64,000 bases of DNA from an uncultured Chloroflexia bacterium (GCA_963707215.1 CAVPPB010000002.1:192001-256000); one strand, 5' to 3'. Numbered from the stretch's first letter, positions 37,957-47,992 are shown. Numbers and translations: made by a program. The notes: a model not told the origin generated them from the letters alone.

Positions 37957-40900
37957 ATGTCACCGATGAGGATCAAGCAAGTGATGGCGGCCATCGTCAT
38001 GGCCGCGCTGGTGGCGATGGCCGTACCCATCGGAGCGGCAGCCACGCCCGCCGACGACGTCGTCGAGGTCACGCTGCTGCACACCAACGACTTCCATGGA
38101 CGACTCGAGGCGGACAGCTCCGGTCGTGGAGGATCGGCGAACATCGCCGGGGTCGTCGAGAGCATCAGAGCCGACGTCGGCGAGGACAACGTCGCCCTGC
38201 TGGACGCCGGGGACGTGTACTTCGCGGCGCCCGCCATCTCTCAGCTCCTGATGGGCGAGAGCACCATCGACGTCTACAACCTGATGGGCTACGACGTCGC
38301 CACCTTCGGCAACCACGAGTTCGACAAGGGTCAGGAGGAGCTCGCGACACGCGTCGCCCAGTCGCAGTTCCCGTGGCTGGGTGCGAACGTCGTGCTCGAA
38401 GGCACGGACTGGGACCTGCCCGAGTGGGCGGAGCCGTATGCGCTGCTCGAGGTCGGCGGGATCACGCTTGGCGTCCTCGGACTCGCCGGTGAGGAGACCC
38501 CCGAGGTCACCCTGCTCGGCACCACCGAGGGCCTGATCTTCAAGGACCTGACCGAGACGATCCTGCACTACTACGACACCGTGATGGCCGAGGCCGACGC
38601 GATGGTCGTGCTCGTCCACATGGGCACCGCCGACAGCGGCCCGTACCAGGGGCTCGAGTCGGTGGCCCAGGAGCTGATCGATGCCGGGAAGCCGGTCGAC
38701 CTCATGATCGGCGGCCACCAGCACCAGGCCCTGTTCGCTCCCGTCTACGTCGGTGACACGGCGATCGTTGCGGCCGGCTACTACGGGCGCTGGCTGGGCC
38801 AGGTGGACGTGTCGATCGACCCGTCGACCAAGGATCTGACCGTCAGCTCCTACAAGCTCCACGCCATCACCGAGTGGACCGGGAAGACGGCCGCCCTGAA
38901 GAGCGCGGTCGAGGGCTACTACGCGAGCGGCGCCATCGCCGACGAGGGCATCTTCGACAGCCTGATGGCGAAGCTCGACACTGCCACGGCGTCGATCGAG
39001 CGCGGCCAGACGAAAGCGGCCGCCAACAAGCTCAGCGCGTTCGTCAATCAGCTCGAGGCGCTCAGCGGGAAGAAGGTCGATGCCTCGGCGGCGGAGGCTC
39101 TGATCGCCAGTGCCGAGATGCTCGCGTTCACGCTGCCCGATCCGGCGGTAGCCGACCTCGTGGACTACTGGGCCGAGGTCGTTGCCCCGATCGTCAACGA
39201 GCCGGTCGGGTACACCAACGTGAGCCTGGTCCGCGACTACAACGACGAGTCGGTCATGGGTGACATCGTCAGCGACTCCATGCTGTGGTCGGCCGACTCG
39301 TACGACGACGGCGAGCTCAACGGCTCGGTCGATGTCGCCTTCACCAACCCGGGAGGGCTGCGGGCCGACATCACGATCCCCGACGGGGCCGCCCTGCCGT
39401 ACACCGTGACCTGGGGCGACACCTTCGACGTGCTGCCGTTCGGGAACACGCTGTACCTGATGGACCTCACCGGAGCCCAGATCCAGGAGATCCTCGACCA
39501 GGCGGCCACGCTCTACAAGGGCATGCTGCAGACGTCGGGGGCCGAGTGGTACTGGTACAACGACTGCGGCTGCGCCACGCCGACGGCGTGGGGCGCCTAC
39601 GGGGTGGAGATCGGCGACGAGCCGCTCGTCCGTGACGAGGTCTACCGGGTGGTGACCAACAACTTCCTGGCCGGTGGCCAGGACGGCTGGGTCACCTTCG
39701 CCGACGGCACCAACCGCTGGGACACGTACTACGACATGCAGCAGGGATTCGTGGAGTACATCGAGATGCTCGACGTGATCGACGCCGAGGACATCCCGAT
39801 GGATCGGATCGCCCGCCTCGATGACGTGGTGACGATGCTCCACACCAACGACACCCACGGCACGTGGCCGGAGACCTACTACTACGGCGCGCCCGAGGGC
39901 TTCGCGTTCCTGGCCGACACGATCGCGAAGGAGCGGGCCCACAACCCGAACGCTCTCCTGCTCGATGCCGGTGACACGTTCCAGGGCAATGCCTTCGCCC
40001 AGTACTTCCGCAACGCCGATCCCAACCCGATCGCCGGTGGGATGAACCTGCTCGGCTACGACGCGATGACGATCGGCAACCACGAGTTCAACTTCGGTCC
40101 GGCGACGTTCGCCACCATGCTCGGCCAGCTCGACGCGCCGCTCCTGGGGACGATCAACCTCGACGACGACGGGTCCTACGGCTTCATCAACGAGAACGTC
40201 CAGGACTACATCAACCTCGAGGTCGACGGCCTGAAGGTGACGGTCTTCGGGCTCACCAACCCGCGGGTCTACCGCTACGAGTTGCCCACGAACATCCCCG
40301 GCCTGACGTTCTACTCGGGCCTGGACACCGGGTTCGCGGCGGTACCCGAGATCCTGACGGCGGAGAGCCCGGACCTGCTGGTCGGCCTCACCCACATGGG
40401 GTACTCGCCCTACGGCGACGAGATCGACAGCGACGTGCTCCTGGCCGAGGGCGTCGCCGGGATCGACGTGATCATCGGCGGGCACAGCCACACCTTCCTG
40501 GACCAGGCCGTGATGGTGACGTCCGCCACCAACCCGGACGGGACGCTCGTCGCCCAGTCCGGGCGCTACGCCCTGAACCTGGGGCAGGTCAACGTCGGGT
40601 TCATCGACGGTGAGGTCGTGCTCCGCGAGGGCTATCTGATCCCGGCCACCGAGGCCCAGGTCGACCCCGAGATGGAGGCATACCTGCAGCCCTTCGTGGG
40701 TGAGCTCGACGCCTACACCAGCACCGAGATCGGCCAGACCACGGCCCCGATCGACGCGCTCCAGGCGTATACGCAGGAGACGAACGGCGCCAACCTGCAG
40801 GCCGACGCCGCCGTCTACGAGCTCGAGACCAACGGTGTCACGGTCGACCTCCACCTGTCCGGTGCGATGTCGAACCGCAAGGTCGCGGACGGCGCGACGC

Positions 40901-41412
40901 CGGCGAGCCCGGTGACGCTCACCGTCAACGACATGTACACGTTGATGCCGTACGAGAACTCGCTGCTCGTCATGGAGATGAACGGACCCGAGATCAAGCA
41001 GGTGCTCGAGCGCGGGTACCGCAACTACTGGTGGTACACGTACGACCCCGGCACGTGGGGCGGCTACTCCCACTACACGACCTGCATGCTGACGACCAAC
41101 GCGGGCGTGCAGATCACGTACGACGACGGTGGCCCGCTCATGCCGCCCGACGGCGACGATGTGGTGTCGTTGACGATCGACGGCGTGCCGGTGGACTTCA
41201 CCGACGCGAGCACGTACTACAACGTCTCGACGGTGAACTACCTGGCGGCCGGCTCGTGCAACTTCAACGACGCCGGTGTCACGGTCTGGCCGCTCGACCA
41301 GATCGTGGCCGACACGCAGTTCTACGTGCGTGACGCGGTGATCGACTACGTCAGCGCCCAGGTCGGGCCCATCAGTCCGGCGATCGAGGGCCGGTTGGTC
41401 TTCGTCCCGTGA
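37957..41412 (+). CDS. Secreted tandem 5'-nucleotidase (two metallophosphoesterase + C-terminal modules)
   Basis: Signal peptide; two sets of HTNDxHG, DAGD, GNHEF, HMG, GGHxH; NPGGLR. Confidence 0.92.
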   Translation: MSPMRIKQVMAAIVMAALVAMAVPIGAAATPADDVVEVTLLHTNDFHGRLEADSSGRGGSANIAGVVESIRADVGEDNVALLDAGDVYFAAPAISQLLMGESTIDVYNLMGYDVATFGNHEFDKGQEELATRVAQSQFPWLGANVVLEGTDWDLPEWAEPYALLEVGGITLGVLGLAGEETPEVTLLGTTEGLIFKDLTETILHYYDTVMAEADAMVVLVHMGTADSGPYQGLESVAQELIDAGKPVDLMIGGHQHQALFAPVYVGDTAIVAAGYYGRWLGQVDVSIDPSTKDLTVSSYKLHAITEWTGKTAALKSAVEGYYASGAIADEGIFDSLMAKLDTATASIERGQTKAAANKLSAFVNQLEALSGKKVDASAAEALIASAEMLAFTLPDPAVADLVDYWAEVVAPIVNEPVGYTNVSLVRDYNDESVMGDIVSDSMLWSADSYDDGELNGSVDVAFTNPGGLRADITIPDGAALPYTVTWGDTFDVLPFGNTLYLMDLTGAQIQEILDQAATLYKGMLQTSGAEWYWYNDCGCATPTAWGAYGVEIGDEPLVRDEVYRVVTNNFLAGGQDGWVTFADGTNRWDTYYDMQQGFVEYIEMLDVIDAEDIPMDRIARLDDVVTMLHTNDTHGTWPETYYYGAPEGFAFLADTIAKERAHNPNALLLDAGDTFQGNAFAQYFRNADPNPIAGGMNLLGYDAMTIGNHEFNFGPATFATMLGQLDAPLLGTINLDDDGSYGFINENVQDYINLEVDGLKVTVFGLTNPRVYRYELPTNIPGLTFYSGLDTGFAAVPEILTAESPDLLVGLTHMGYSPYGDEIDSDVLLAEGVAGIDVIIGGHSHTFLDQAVMVTSATNPDGTLVAQSGRYALNLGQVNVGFIDGEVVLREGYLIPATEAQVDPEMEAYLQPFVGELDAYTSTEIGQTTAPIDALQAYTQETNGANLQADAAVYELETNGVTVDLHLSGAMSNRKVADGATPASPVTLTVNDMYTLMPYENSLLVMEMNGPEIKQVLERGYRNYWWYTYDPGTWGGYSHYTTCMLTTNAGVQITYDDGGPLMPPDGDDVVSLTIDGVPVDFTDASTYYNVSTVNYLAAGSCNFNDAGVTVWPLDQIVADTQFYVRDAVIDYVSAQVGPISPAIEGRLVFVP

Positions 41413-41441
41413 CGTGACGTCGATCTGACGTCCTGAGAGGA

Positions 41442-41477
41442 CGACGAGGCCGGGGGTTCCCGCCCCCGGCCTCGTCG
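41442..41477 (+). terminator. 15-bp hairpin after nucleotidase
   Basis: CGACGAGGCCGGGGG-ttcccg-CCCCCGGCCTCGTCG; no U tract. Confidence 0.6.
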
Positions 41478-41573
41478 CGTCGACCGTAGCCAGGCCCACG
41501 CCTGCCGGTCGGCTCTTGCTCACGGCGGCACGTCCGACCAGCGTTGGAGCCTCATTCGACGTGGAGGCGAGCG

Positions 41574-43268
41574 ATGCCGGAGGCTGGTGCGAGGCTTCGC
41601 CGTCCGTCAGGACGACGGTCGGCGATCGGGGGCTGGCTGGTCCTGGTCGTGGCCGGGGCCCTCGCCGCGATACCGCTCCTGCCGGCGGGCGTCCCGTCCG
41701 ACCCCGCGATCGTTGACTTCTCGGCCAGCCGGGCGCAGCGGCATGTCGAGCAGCTCGCCATCGAGCCGCGACCGATGGGCAGTGCCGCGATCGAGCAGGC
41801 CCGCGAGGTGATCGTCGATGAGCTGCGGCAGATGGGCCTGGACCCGGAGCTCCAGGCGATTGAGGCCCCGGACTACTATGGGATCGAGGGCGGTCCGGTC
41901 GAGGTCGTGAACGTTATGGCCCGGATCCCGGGCAGCTCGTCCACTGGAGCGGTGGCACTCGTTGGCCACTACGACACGTTCCCAACGTCGCCCGGCGCGA
42001 ACGACGATGCGTCCGCGGTGGCAGTGGTCCTCGAGTCGGCCCGGGCGATCCTTGCCGGGCCCCAGCCACGCAACGACGTGGTCCTGCTGTTCACCGACGG
42101 CGAGGAACCGGCGCCGAGATTCGGCTCATCGGCCTTCGTGGCGGAGCACCCCTGGGCCGGTGACGTGGACTTCATCATCAACCTCGAGGCACTCGGTGGC
42201 GATGGGCCCGCGGCACTCACCGCCTTCGCGGGGCCGGCCAGCCTGGCCGTCGACGGCTATGCCAGGTCCGTCCCGCAGCCGATGGCGTTCTCCTACCTCA
42301 CCGCGACGACCGAGCTGATCGGCGGGTCGAACACCGACTTCGCCACGTTCCGAGACGCCGGCGTGGCCGGGGTCGAGCTGGTCTACCTGCACGGGTCCTC
42401 GATCTACCACACGATGGCCGACACGCCGGGCCGGGTGAGCATGAGCAGCCTCCAGCATCAGGGCGAGAGCACCCTGGCGGTCGCGCGCCACATGGCCGAC
42501 CTGGACCTGGGTCGCCTGCCTCGGGCCGAGTCGACGGTCTTTCTCACGATCGGTCGGTACGTCGTTCGCTATCCCGCGGCACTCACCCTCGGGGCCCTCC
42601 TGCTGGCGGGCATCGCGCTTGCCCTCGGGACGATGACGGCTGCCAGATCCGGGCCACGGATCAGCTGGCGTCGTGCCTCGCGGGGTCTGGCCGCGGTCGC
42701 CATCACGGTGGTCGTGACGACGATCGGTGCGGTGGTCGCCTGGTCCCTGGTGGCCGGAGCGAGGAAGGACATGGGGCTCGCCGAGAGCTACCTGTACCTG
42801 GCAGCCCTGGTGCTGGTCGCCTGGGCGGTGCACGCGGGGGTCGAGCGCCTCGTGGGAGCTCGATCGGATCCGTCGTCCACTGCGGTTGGTGTCGTGGCTG
42901 CCTGGTGCCTGGTGGGCGCGCCGATCGTGCTCACCATGCCCGAGATCGGCTATCTGTTCGCCTGGCCGGCGCTCGTCGGCGGAGCGGTGATCCTGCTGCC
43001 GCGATCAGGCGACCGGAGCGGGTGGCTCGACGTGGCAGGGTTTGCGCTCGTCGCCACGACCGTCCTCGTCCTTCTGGTCCCGGCCATCGACACCTTCTAC
43101 CAGTTGGCGCAGCCGCGGCCGGGCAACCTGGACTCGCAGGTCCTCTGGATCGTCGCCATCCCAGCGGCGCTCGTCGCGCTCGTCGTCGAGCTGCTGGCGG
43201 CGTTCTGGCCTCGGTCGTCGCCTGCTCGGCCTCACGCGGTCGCGGACCCGGTGGCTCCCCGAAGTTGA
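41574..43268 (+). CDS. M28 family metallopeptidase with C-terminal TM helices
   Basis: GHYDT, GANDD, FTDGEE, NLEA, TDF, YHT. Confidence 0.9.
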   Translation: MPEAGARLRRPSGRRSAIGGWLVLVVAGALAAIPLLPAGVPSDPAIVDFSASRAQRHVEQLAIEPRPMGSAAIEQAREVIVDELRQMGLDPELQAIEAPDYYGIEGGPVEVVNVMARIPGSSSTGAVALVGHYDTFPTSPGANDDASAVAVVLESARAILAGPQPRNDVVLLFTDGEEPAPRFGSSAFVAEHPWAGDVDFIINLEALGGDGPAALTAFAGPASLAVDGYARSVPQPMAFSYLTATTELIGGSNTDFATFRDAGVAGVELVYLHGSSIYHTMADTPGRVSMSSLQHQGESTLAVARHMADLDLGRLPRAESTVFLTIGRYVVRYPAALTLGALLLAGIALALGTMTAARSGPRISWRRASRGLAAVAITVVVTTIGAVVAWSLVAGARKDMGLAESYLYLAALVLVAWAVHAGVERLVGARSDPSSTAVGVVAAWCLVGAPIVLTMPEIGYLFAWPALVGGAVILLPRSGDRSGWLDVAGFALVATTVLVLLVPAIDTFYQLAQPRPGNLDSQVLWIVAIPAALVALVVELLAAFWPRSSPARPHAVADPVAPRS

Positions 43269-43293
43269 CCCGGCGGGCAGCCGGGAGGGGGCC

Positions 43294-43327
43294 TCGGGCG
43301 CCCTGAGAGGCTCGCGCGGGTGCGAAC
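43294..43327 (-). repeat. Degenerate att-like site
   Basis: GGGCGCCCTGAGAGGCTCGCGCGGGTGCGAAC matches the 53284 site at 21/32 ungapped; same upstream context as 37702. Confidence 0.45.
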
Positions 43328-43335
43328 GGGAGCGC

Positions 43336-44676
43336 TCAGGTGGAGGCGAGCGCGAAGACTCGCCAGGAGTCCGGGACCCCCTTGAGCTGCTGCTCACCAC
43401 GATCCTCGAACTCCAGCCCCGAACCGGCCACGAGATCCTTGACCGTCCTCGACACCAGCACCTCTCCTGGCTCCGCCAGGGCGGCGATGCGGGCACCGAT
43501 CGAGACGGCGATGCCGACCACCTTGCCGTCGCTGATCTCGCACTCGCCGGTGTGGAGTCCGGCTCGCACGTCGAGCCCGATCTCGCCGAGCGGGTCGCGG
43601 ATGGCCGCCGCGGCCTGGACGGCCCGGGCCGGTCCGTCGAACGCCGCGAAGAACCCATCGCCGGCGGTATCGAGCTCGCGGCCGTGGAACCTGGCGAGCG
43701 CACGCCGGACGATCGAATGGTGGCGCTCGAGCAGGTCGCGCCAGGCGGCGTCGCCGAGCCGCGCGGCCAGCTCGGTCGAGCCGACGATGTCGGTGAACAG
43801 GATCGTCGCGAGGACCCGTTCGGGGGCGGTTCGACCCTGAAGGCGCGAGAGGAACCGGGCGGTGGCGGCTATCGTCGCCTCGGCGGCCCGGTCGTCGACC
43901 CAGGTGTAGACACCCTGGAAGGCAGGCAGCTCCTGGAGCTCGGCTCCGCGGATCCGCTTGGCCGCGTAGTGGGCGGGCCCGGGCAGTGTCGACCGCGGGA
44001 AGATCAGCGTCGGCACGCGGACCGCGGCGAGGACGTCGGTGACGTCGAGGTCCATCTCCGCCCGGAACGCGGTCAGGGCAGCACCGGGACTCAGGCTGCG
44101 GCGCATGTGCCAGACGAACCAGTCGCGGAAGGCGTCGTCCTCGGCGACCTCCGGGGCCCACTCGCGAGCCAGTCGCTCGAGATAGGCGCGCTCACCCCAG
44201 CCGGCCCGGATCTCGGCCAGGCGCCGACGCCACTCGTCCGGCGTCGGAGCCCATGGGTAGTCGGGCGCACGGGTGCCCTTGATCCGTGGATCGATCAGGA
44301 CGAGGCCCAGGCAGCGATCGGGATACGTTGCCGCGAAGAGCAGGCTGAGACCGGTGCTGGTGCTGCCGCTCCACAGGACGGCCTGTTCGGATCCCACGGC
44401 ATCCATGACGGCCCGGACGTCGTCCATCGCCGTGTCGAGCGACTGTACCTCGCGGACCCGGTCGGACAGGCCGGTGCCGCGCTTGTCCAGCATCAGCACC
44501 CGACCGGACTCGGCAAGACCCTCGACGTGGCGAGCGAGGAGCGGCTGCTCCCAGGTCGAGAGGAGATCGCCGGCGATCCCGCGCACGAAGACGATGTCCG
44601 TCGGTCCCTGGCCCACGACCTGGTAGGCGATCGCCACATCGCCGCTCCGCGCGTAGGAGACGTCGGGCGGTTTCAC
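43336..44676 (-). CDS. Alpha/beta hydrolase + class III cyclase fusion (LipJ/Rv1900c-like)
   Basis: YARSGDVAIAYQV, DKRGTGLSD; LFTDIVGST, DTAGDG, GIAVSIGARI. Confidence 0.9.
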   Translation of the reverse strand: MKPPDVSYARSGDVAIAYQVVGQGPTDIVFVRGIAGDLLSTWEQPLLARHVEGLAESGRVLMLDKRGTGLSDRVREVQSLDTAMDDVRAVMDAVGSEQAVLWSGSTSTGLSLLFAATYPDRCLGLVLIDPRIKGTRAPDYPWAPTPDEWRRRLAEIRAGWGERAYLERLAREWAPEVAEDDAFRDWFVWHMRRSLSPGAALTAFRAEMDLDVTDVLAAVRVPTLIFPRSTLPGPAHYAAKRIRGAELQELPAFQGVYTWVDDRAAEATIAATARFLSRLQGRTAPERVLATILFTDIVGSTELAARLGDAAWRDLLERHHSIVRRALARFHGRELDTAGDGFFAAFDGPARAVQAAAAIRDPLGEIGLDVRAGLHTGECEISDGKVVGIAVSIGARIAALAEPGEVLVSRTVKDLVAGSGLEFEDRGEQQLKGVPDSWRVFALAST

Positions 44677-44823
44677 CGGCCGAGTGTGGCCTATCGAAGC
44701 GGCCGATGCCACTCGCACTTCCGAAGACCAGGTGTGGACGGCTCGGATGAGCGGGACGCCACGCCGACGGCCCTCGGCCCGTGTCCTGCGCGGACAGCTC
44801 GGGCGGCGCCGGGCCGACCCGAC

Positions 44824-46116
44824 TCAGATCGATTCGGACCGCGTCGGAAGCCGGCCCGCGCCTGAACCCTGCGGAGTCGCATCTGCTGGGGCCATGCACT
44901 CCACGTCCTCGATGCGCCTGACCCGGCGGACGGGCGAGAAGACCACCCAGAGCGGCGCACCGGCGATCCCGATCGCCCCGACCGCCAGCGCGGCTCGAAG
45001 GCCGAATGCCTCGCCGACGATGCCCCCGAGGAGCGCGCCGATGGGCATGACGCCGTAGCCGAGCGTGCGGTAGCTGGCGTTCATCCGCGCCAGAAGGCGG
45101 TCCGGGGTGACGGTCTGCCGGATGGTCATGACGTGGATGACCGTGATCGCGATGAACGCACCGGCCAGGGCGAGGATGAGGGCGATGACGCCTACCGCGA
45201 TGGGGGAGGAGCCATCGATGAGCGGGAGCGCGAGGTAGACGCTGCAGGCGACGATCATCGCGCCGGTGATCGTGGTCCCAAGACCGAATTGTTTCGCGAG
45301 CCGTCCGGCGACCATGGAACCGACCAGCGAACCGACGGCACCGACGACGAAGATCGACCCGACGACCGCGGGCGCGACGCCCAGCTCCCGGGTGAGGTAC
45401 AGGAGGAAGGCCGCGTTGAGGGCGGCGGCGAACAGGTTGAACGTGGCGGCCTCGAGCGCGAAGGCGCGGAGGATGGGATGGCCGAACGTGGTTCGCAGGC
45501 CCTCCCCGATCTCCGCCCGGAGGTCGGGGCGGGCCGGGGCCGCCCGCACGGGCTCCGGCTGCCGGATCGCGGCCAGGCTGCCCGCTGACGCCAGGTAGCT
45601 CACGGCGTCAGCGGCGAGGGCGACCGGCGCGCCGACGAGCGACACCAGGGCACCCGCCAGCCCCGGACCGGCCACTTCGGCGGCCGACGCGCTCGAGAAG
45701 AGCTGTGCGTTCGCGGTCGCGAGCCGGTCTCGGCCGACCAGCGACGGGACGTAGGCGAGGAAGGCCACCTCGAACAGCACCGCACCGCAACCGGCGGCGA
45801 ATGCCACGAAGGCCAGGAGTGGCAGCGACAGCACGTCCAGGGCGGTCGCAAGCGGGATCGAGCCGATCAGTCCCGCGCGGGCCAGGTTCGCGGCCAGCAT
45901 CACGGGCCGGCGCCGGACCCGGTCGATCCAGGCCCCAGCGAACAGGGTCAGGAACAGGAACGGGGCGTACTCCACGGCGGCGAGCAGCCCCATCTCGAAT
46001 GGTGAGGCGTGAAGGACGAGGATCGCCGCCAGCGGCAGGGCCAGCAGCGTGACCTGCGATCCGAACAGCGAGACTGTCTCGCCGAACCAGAGATTCCGGA
46101 ACGCCGCGCTGTTCAT
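44824..46116 (-). CDS. MFS transporter
   Basis: FRNLW.GETVSLFG, GAWIDRVRRR motif A, about 12 TM segments. Confidence 0.9.
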   Translation of the reverse strand: MNSAAFRNLWFGETVSLFGSQVTLLALPLAAILVLHASPFEMGLLAAVEYAPFLFLTLFAGAWIDRVRRRPVMLAANLARAGLIGSIPLATALDVLSLPLLAFVAFAAGCGAVLFEVAFLAYVPSLVGRDRLATANAQLFSSASAAEVAGPGLAGALVSLVGAPVALAADAVSYLASAGSLAAIRQPEPVRAAPARPDLRAEIGEGLRTTFGHPILRAFALEAATFNLFAAALNAAFLLYLTRELGVAPAVVGSIFVVGAVGSLVGSMVAGRLAKQFGLGTTITGAMIVACSVYLALPLIDGSSPIAVGVIALILALAGAFIAITVIHVMTIRQTVTPDRLLARMNASYRTLGYGVMPIGALLGGIVGEAFGLRAALAVGAIGIAGAPLWVVFSPVRRVRRIEDVECMAPADATPQGSGAGRLPTRSESI

Positions 46117-46118
46117 GG

Positions 46119-46202
46119 CTCACCAGCGTAAGGACGTTGATGGTTAGCGTCTTGGCAGTCTAGGTCCAGAGTGCTAACCTGTCAAACAGAATGGCTGGTT
46201 AT
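46119..46202. promoter_or_regulatory. Two TAACC-N17-GGTTA-type palindromes between MFS and CGNR genes
   Basis: 46119-46147 and 46174-46202 share arms and 17-nt spacing. Confidence 0.6.
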
Positions 46203-46817
46203 TCACGGAGGCTTCTCAGTCCGGCCGATCCGCCGGTCACGGCGTCATCACGGACCGCGAGACGAGACCCAGCGCCGGGCGGGCTCGAGCTCGTGCGTGC
46301 GTTCATCAACTCGTCCGACATCGAGAAGGGCACCGATGAGCTCGCCACCACCGCGGGGGTCGAGGCGTGGCTCCGCTCCCGAGGCCTTCCCGACCACGAG
46401 AGCGGGGTGACCGAGGACGAGCGGCGGCGGCTGGAGTCCTTCCGCGAAGCGCTCCGGGATCTCATCACGTGCCGTGAGCGAGGGGAGCCAGCCCCCGAGG
46501 CGCTCGAGCTCCTCGACGAAGCCTCCCGGTTGAGCCCCTTGACGGTCGCCTTCGATGCCAACGGCAGCCCGATGTTGCGCCCGGCTCGGGCAGGCGTCAT
46601 CGGGCTCGTCGGGCTGATCATGAGTGAGATCTCGGCCGCGTCGGTCGCCGGCACGTGGCCCCGCCTCAAGGTCTGCCGGAGCGACGCCTGCCGATGGGCG
46701 TTCTACGACGCGTCACGGAACCGCTCCGGGATCTGGTGCTCGATGGCAGTCTGCGGGAACCGGTCGAAGAGTCGGGCCCTGCGGGTCCGCCGTCGGGACG
46801 GACGCACCGGGGGGTGA
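46191..46817 (+). CDS. ABATE/CGNR zinc-finger regulator
   Basis: RLKVC...CRWAFYD.SRN...WCSMAVCGNR; start uncertain. Confidence 0.9.
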   Translation: MAGYSRRLLSPADPPVTASSRTARRDPAPGGLELVRAFINSSDIEKGTDELATTAGVEAWLRSRGLPDHESGVTEDERRRLESFREALRDLITCRERGEPAPEALELLDEASRLSPLTVAFDANGSPMLRPARAGVIGLVGLIMSEISAASVAGTWPRLKVCRSDACRWAFYDASRNRSGIWCSMAVCGNRSKSRALRVRRRDGRTGG

Positions 46818-46901
46818 CTGGCGAGGCGGCTCCTGAGGGGGCCCGCCCGATCGAGTCCTAGGCGGGGCAGGTGCCGACGAGGGGCACCGTCGCCCGGCTC
46901 G

Positions 46902-47609
46902 CTACTCGAACGCTGTGTTCGTGGCGCTCAGGAGGGCGCTCTGCAGCGTGGCCGGCGAAGCGTGCGCGGCGAGCAGAGCCTCCAGGTCCGCGAGCGCCCG
47001 GGAGACATCGTGCTCGGCCGTTTCGTGATGGCCTTCGACCGTGACGATGATCTCGGTCGTGTCTGCTCGGGCCGAACTCCGGGCGCTCTGCCGCCAGCAC
47101 CAGCGTCGGGCGCTCACGACATCCGCTTGATCCGCGAAGATCACCTCGCCGGGCTCCGGCTGCTCGGTCTGGCTCGAGCCGAGGTCGGCCCAGCGTTCGT
47201 CGCCGCGGGCGAACCGGACGGTCGTGCCGCCTGCGACCCCGCGCTGATCGAACACCGCGACCGGAAGCGCGTAGCGGATGCTCACCAGGTTGGCGAGATC
47301 GACCAGCGTCCCGATGGACGGCAGTCCGCCCTGCTTGGTCAGGCGCCGCAGGAGTGCCTCGGCCGCCGAGCGGTACTGCGTCGGATCGACACCGAATCCC
47401 CGGAACACCTTGCGCCAGGCTGCCAGCGTGGGCATCTCGCTGAGAGGCGTATCGGCGATCCGCGCGCGGACCGCGAGCGTCTCCTCGTCGAAGGCTGCGG
47501 CGAGTCGAGCCGGCGTCGGGCCGTTGTGGACGCCGGTGGCGTGGATGGCGCCTCCCACGATCGCCGGGAAGCGCTCCACGACGTCCGGGTCATAGCGGAG
47601 GCGTGCCAC
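46902..47609 (-). CDS. B3/B4 (PheRS-beta-like) tRNA-editing domain protein
   Basis: AWR..F..FG.DPTQYRSAAEALLRR, LVDLAN.VS, WCWRQS. Confidence 0.88.
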   Translation of the reverse strand: MARLRYDPDVVERFPAIVGGAIHATGVHNGPTPARLAAAFDEETLAVRARIADTPLSEMPTLAAWRKVFRGFGVDPTQYRSAAEALLRRLTKQGGLPSIGTLVDLANLVSIRYALPVAVFDQRGVAGGTTVRFARGDERWADLGSSQTEQPEPGEVIFADQADVVSARRWCWRQSARSSARADTTEIIVTVEGHHETAEHDVSRALADLEALLAAHASPATLQSALLSATNTAFE

Positions 47610-47768
47610 GAGACGAGTCTCCCACAGGGGCGCCTCCGGGATGGGGCCTCACCGTCCTGTCGTTGCCCCCTGGTCAGAGGGTTCCACGCGAGTCTTCCTG
47701 CGCTCGACGTCTTCCTTCGCGACGCCCACGAGCACGGCTCACGGGCAAGCCGTTCCCGGCCGATGCTC

Positions 47769-47807
47769 TGGCGCGCCCGGAGGGGCGCCGGGCCCGCAGA
47801 GGCAACA
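47769..47807 (-). repeat. att-like site: tRNA 3' end (16/16) plus arm
   Basis: TGGCGCGCCCG-gaggggcgc-CGGGCCCGCAGAGGCAACA. Confidence 0.85.
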
Positions 47808-47992
47808 GGACCTGTGCCTCTGGTCGGGACGGGTCTTGGGGCGGAACCTGTTCGCATCGAGGCGGACGATCCGGGCTCACCGGCTCCGGGCCGGCCCTCG
47901 CGCACCGCCCGAGTTGCCCTCGGCGCGGCAGCGGGTCGCGGCCGACGCGGCTTGGCCAGCCTGGCAGTCCGTCCTCGATGGAGGAGGCTGCC

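Noticed and set aside
37960-41523. 1187-aa minus-strand ORF and other long antisense ORFs (e.g. 25370..27841, 8855..10588)
   Set aside because: Shadows of real high-GC3 genes on the opposite strand; no motifs
46825-46857. Further weak att-like matches (46826, 41426, 24191, 21722)
   Set aside because: About 11/15 identity or less with no clear right arm; not distinguishable from chance by eye
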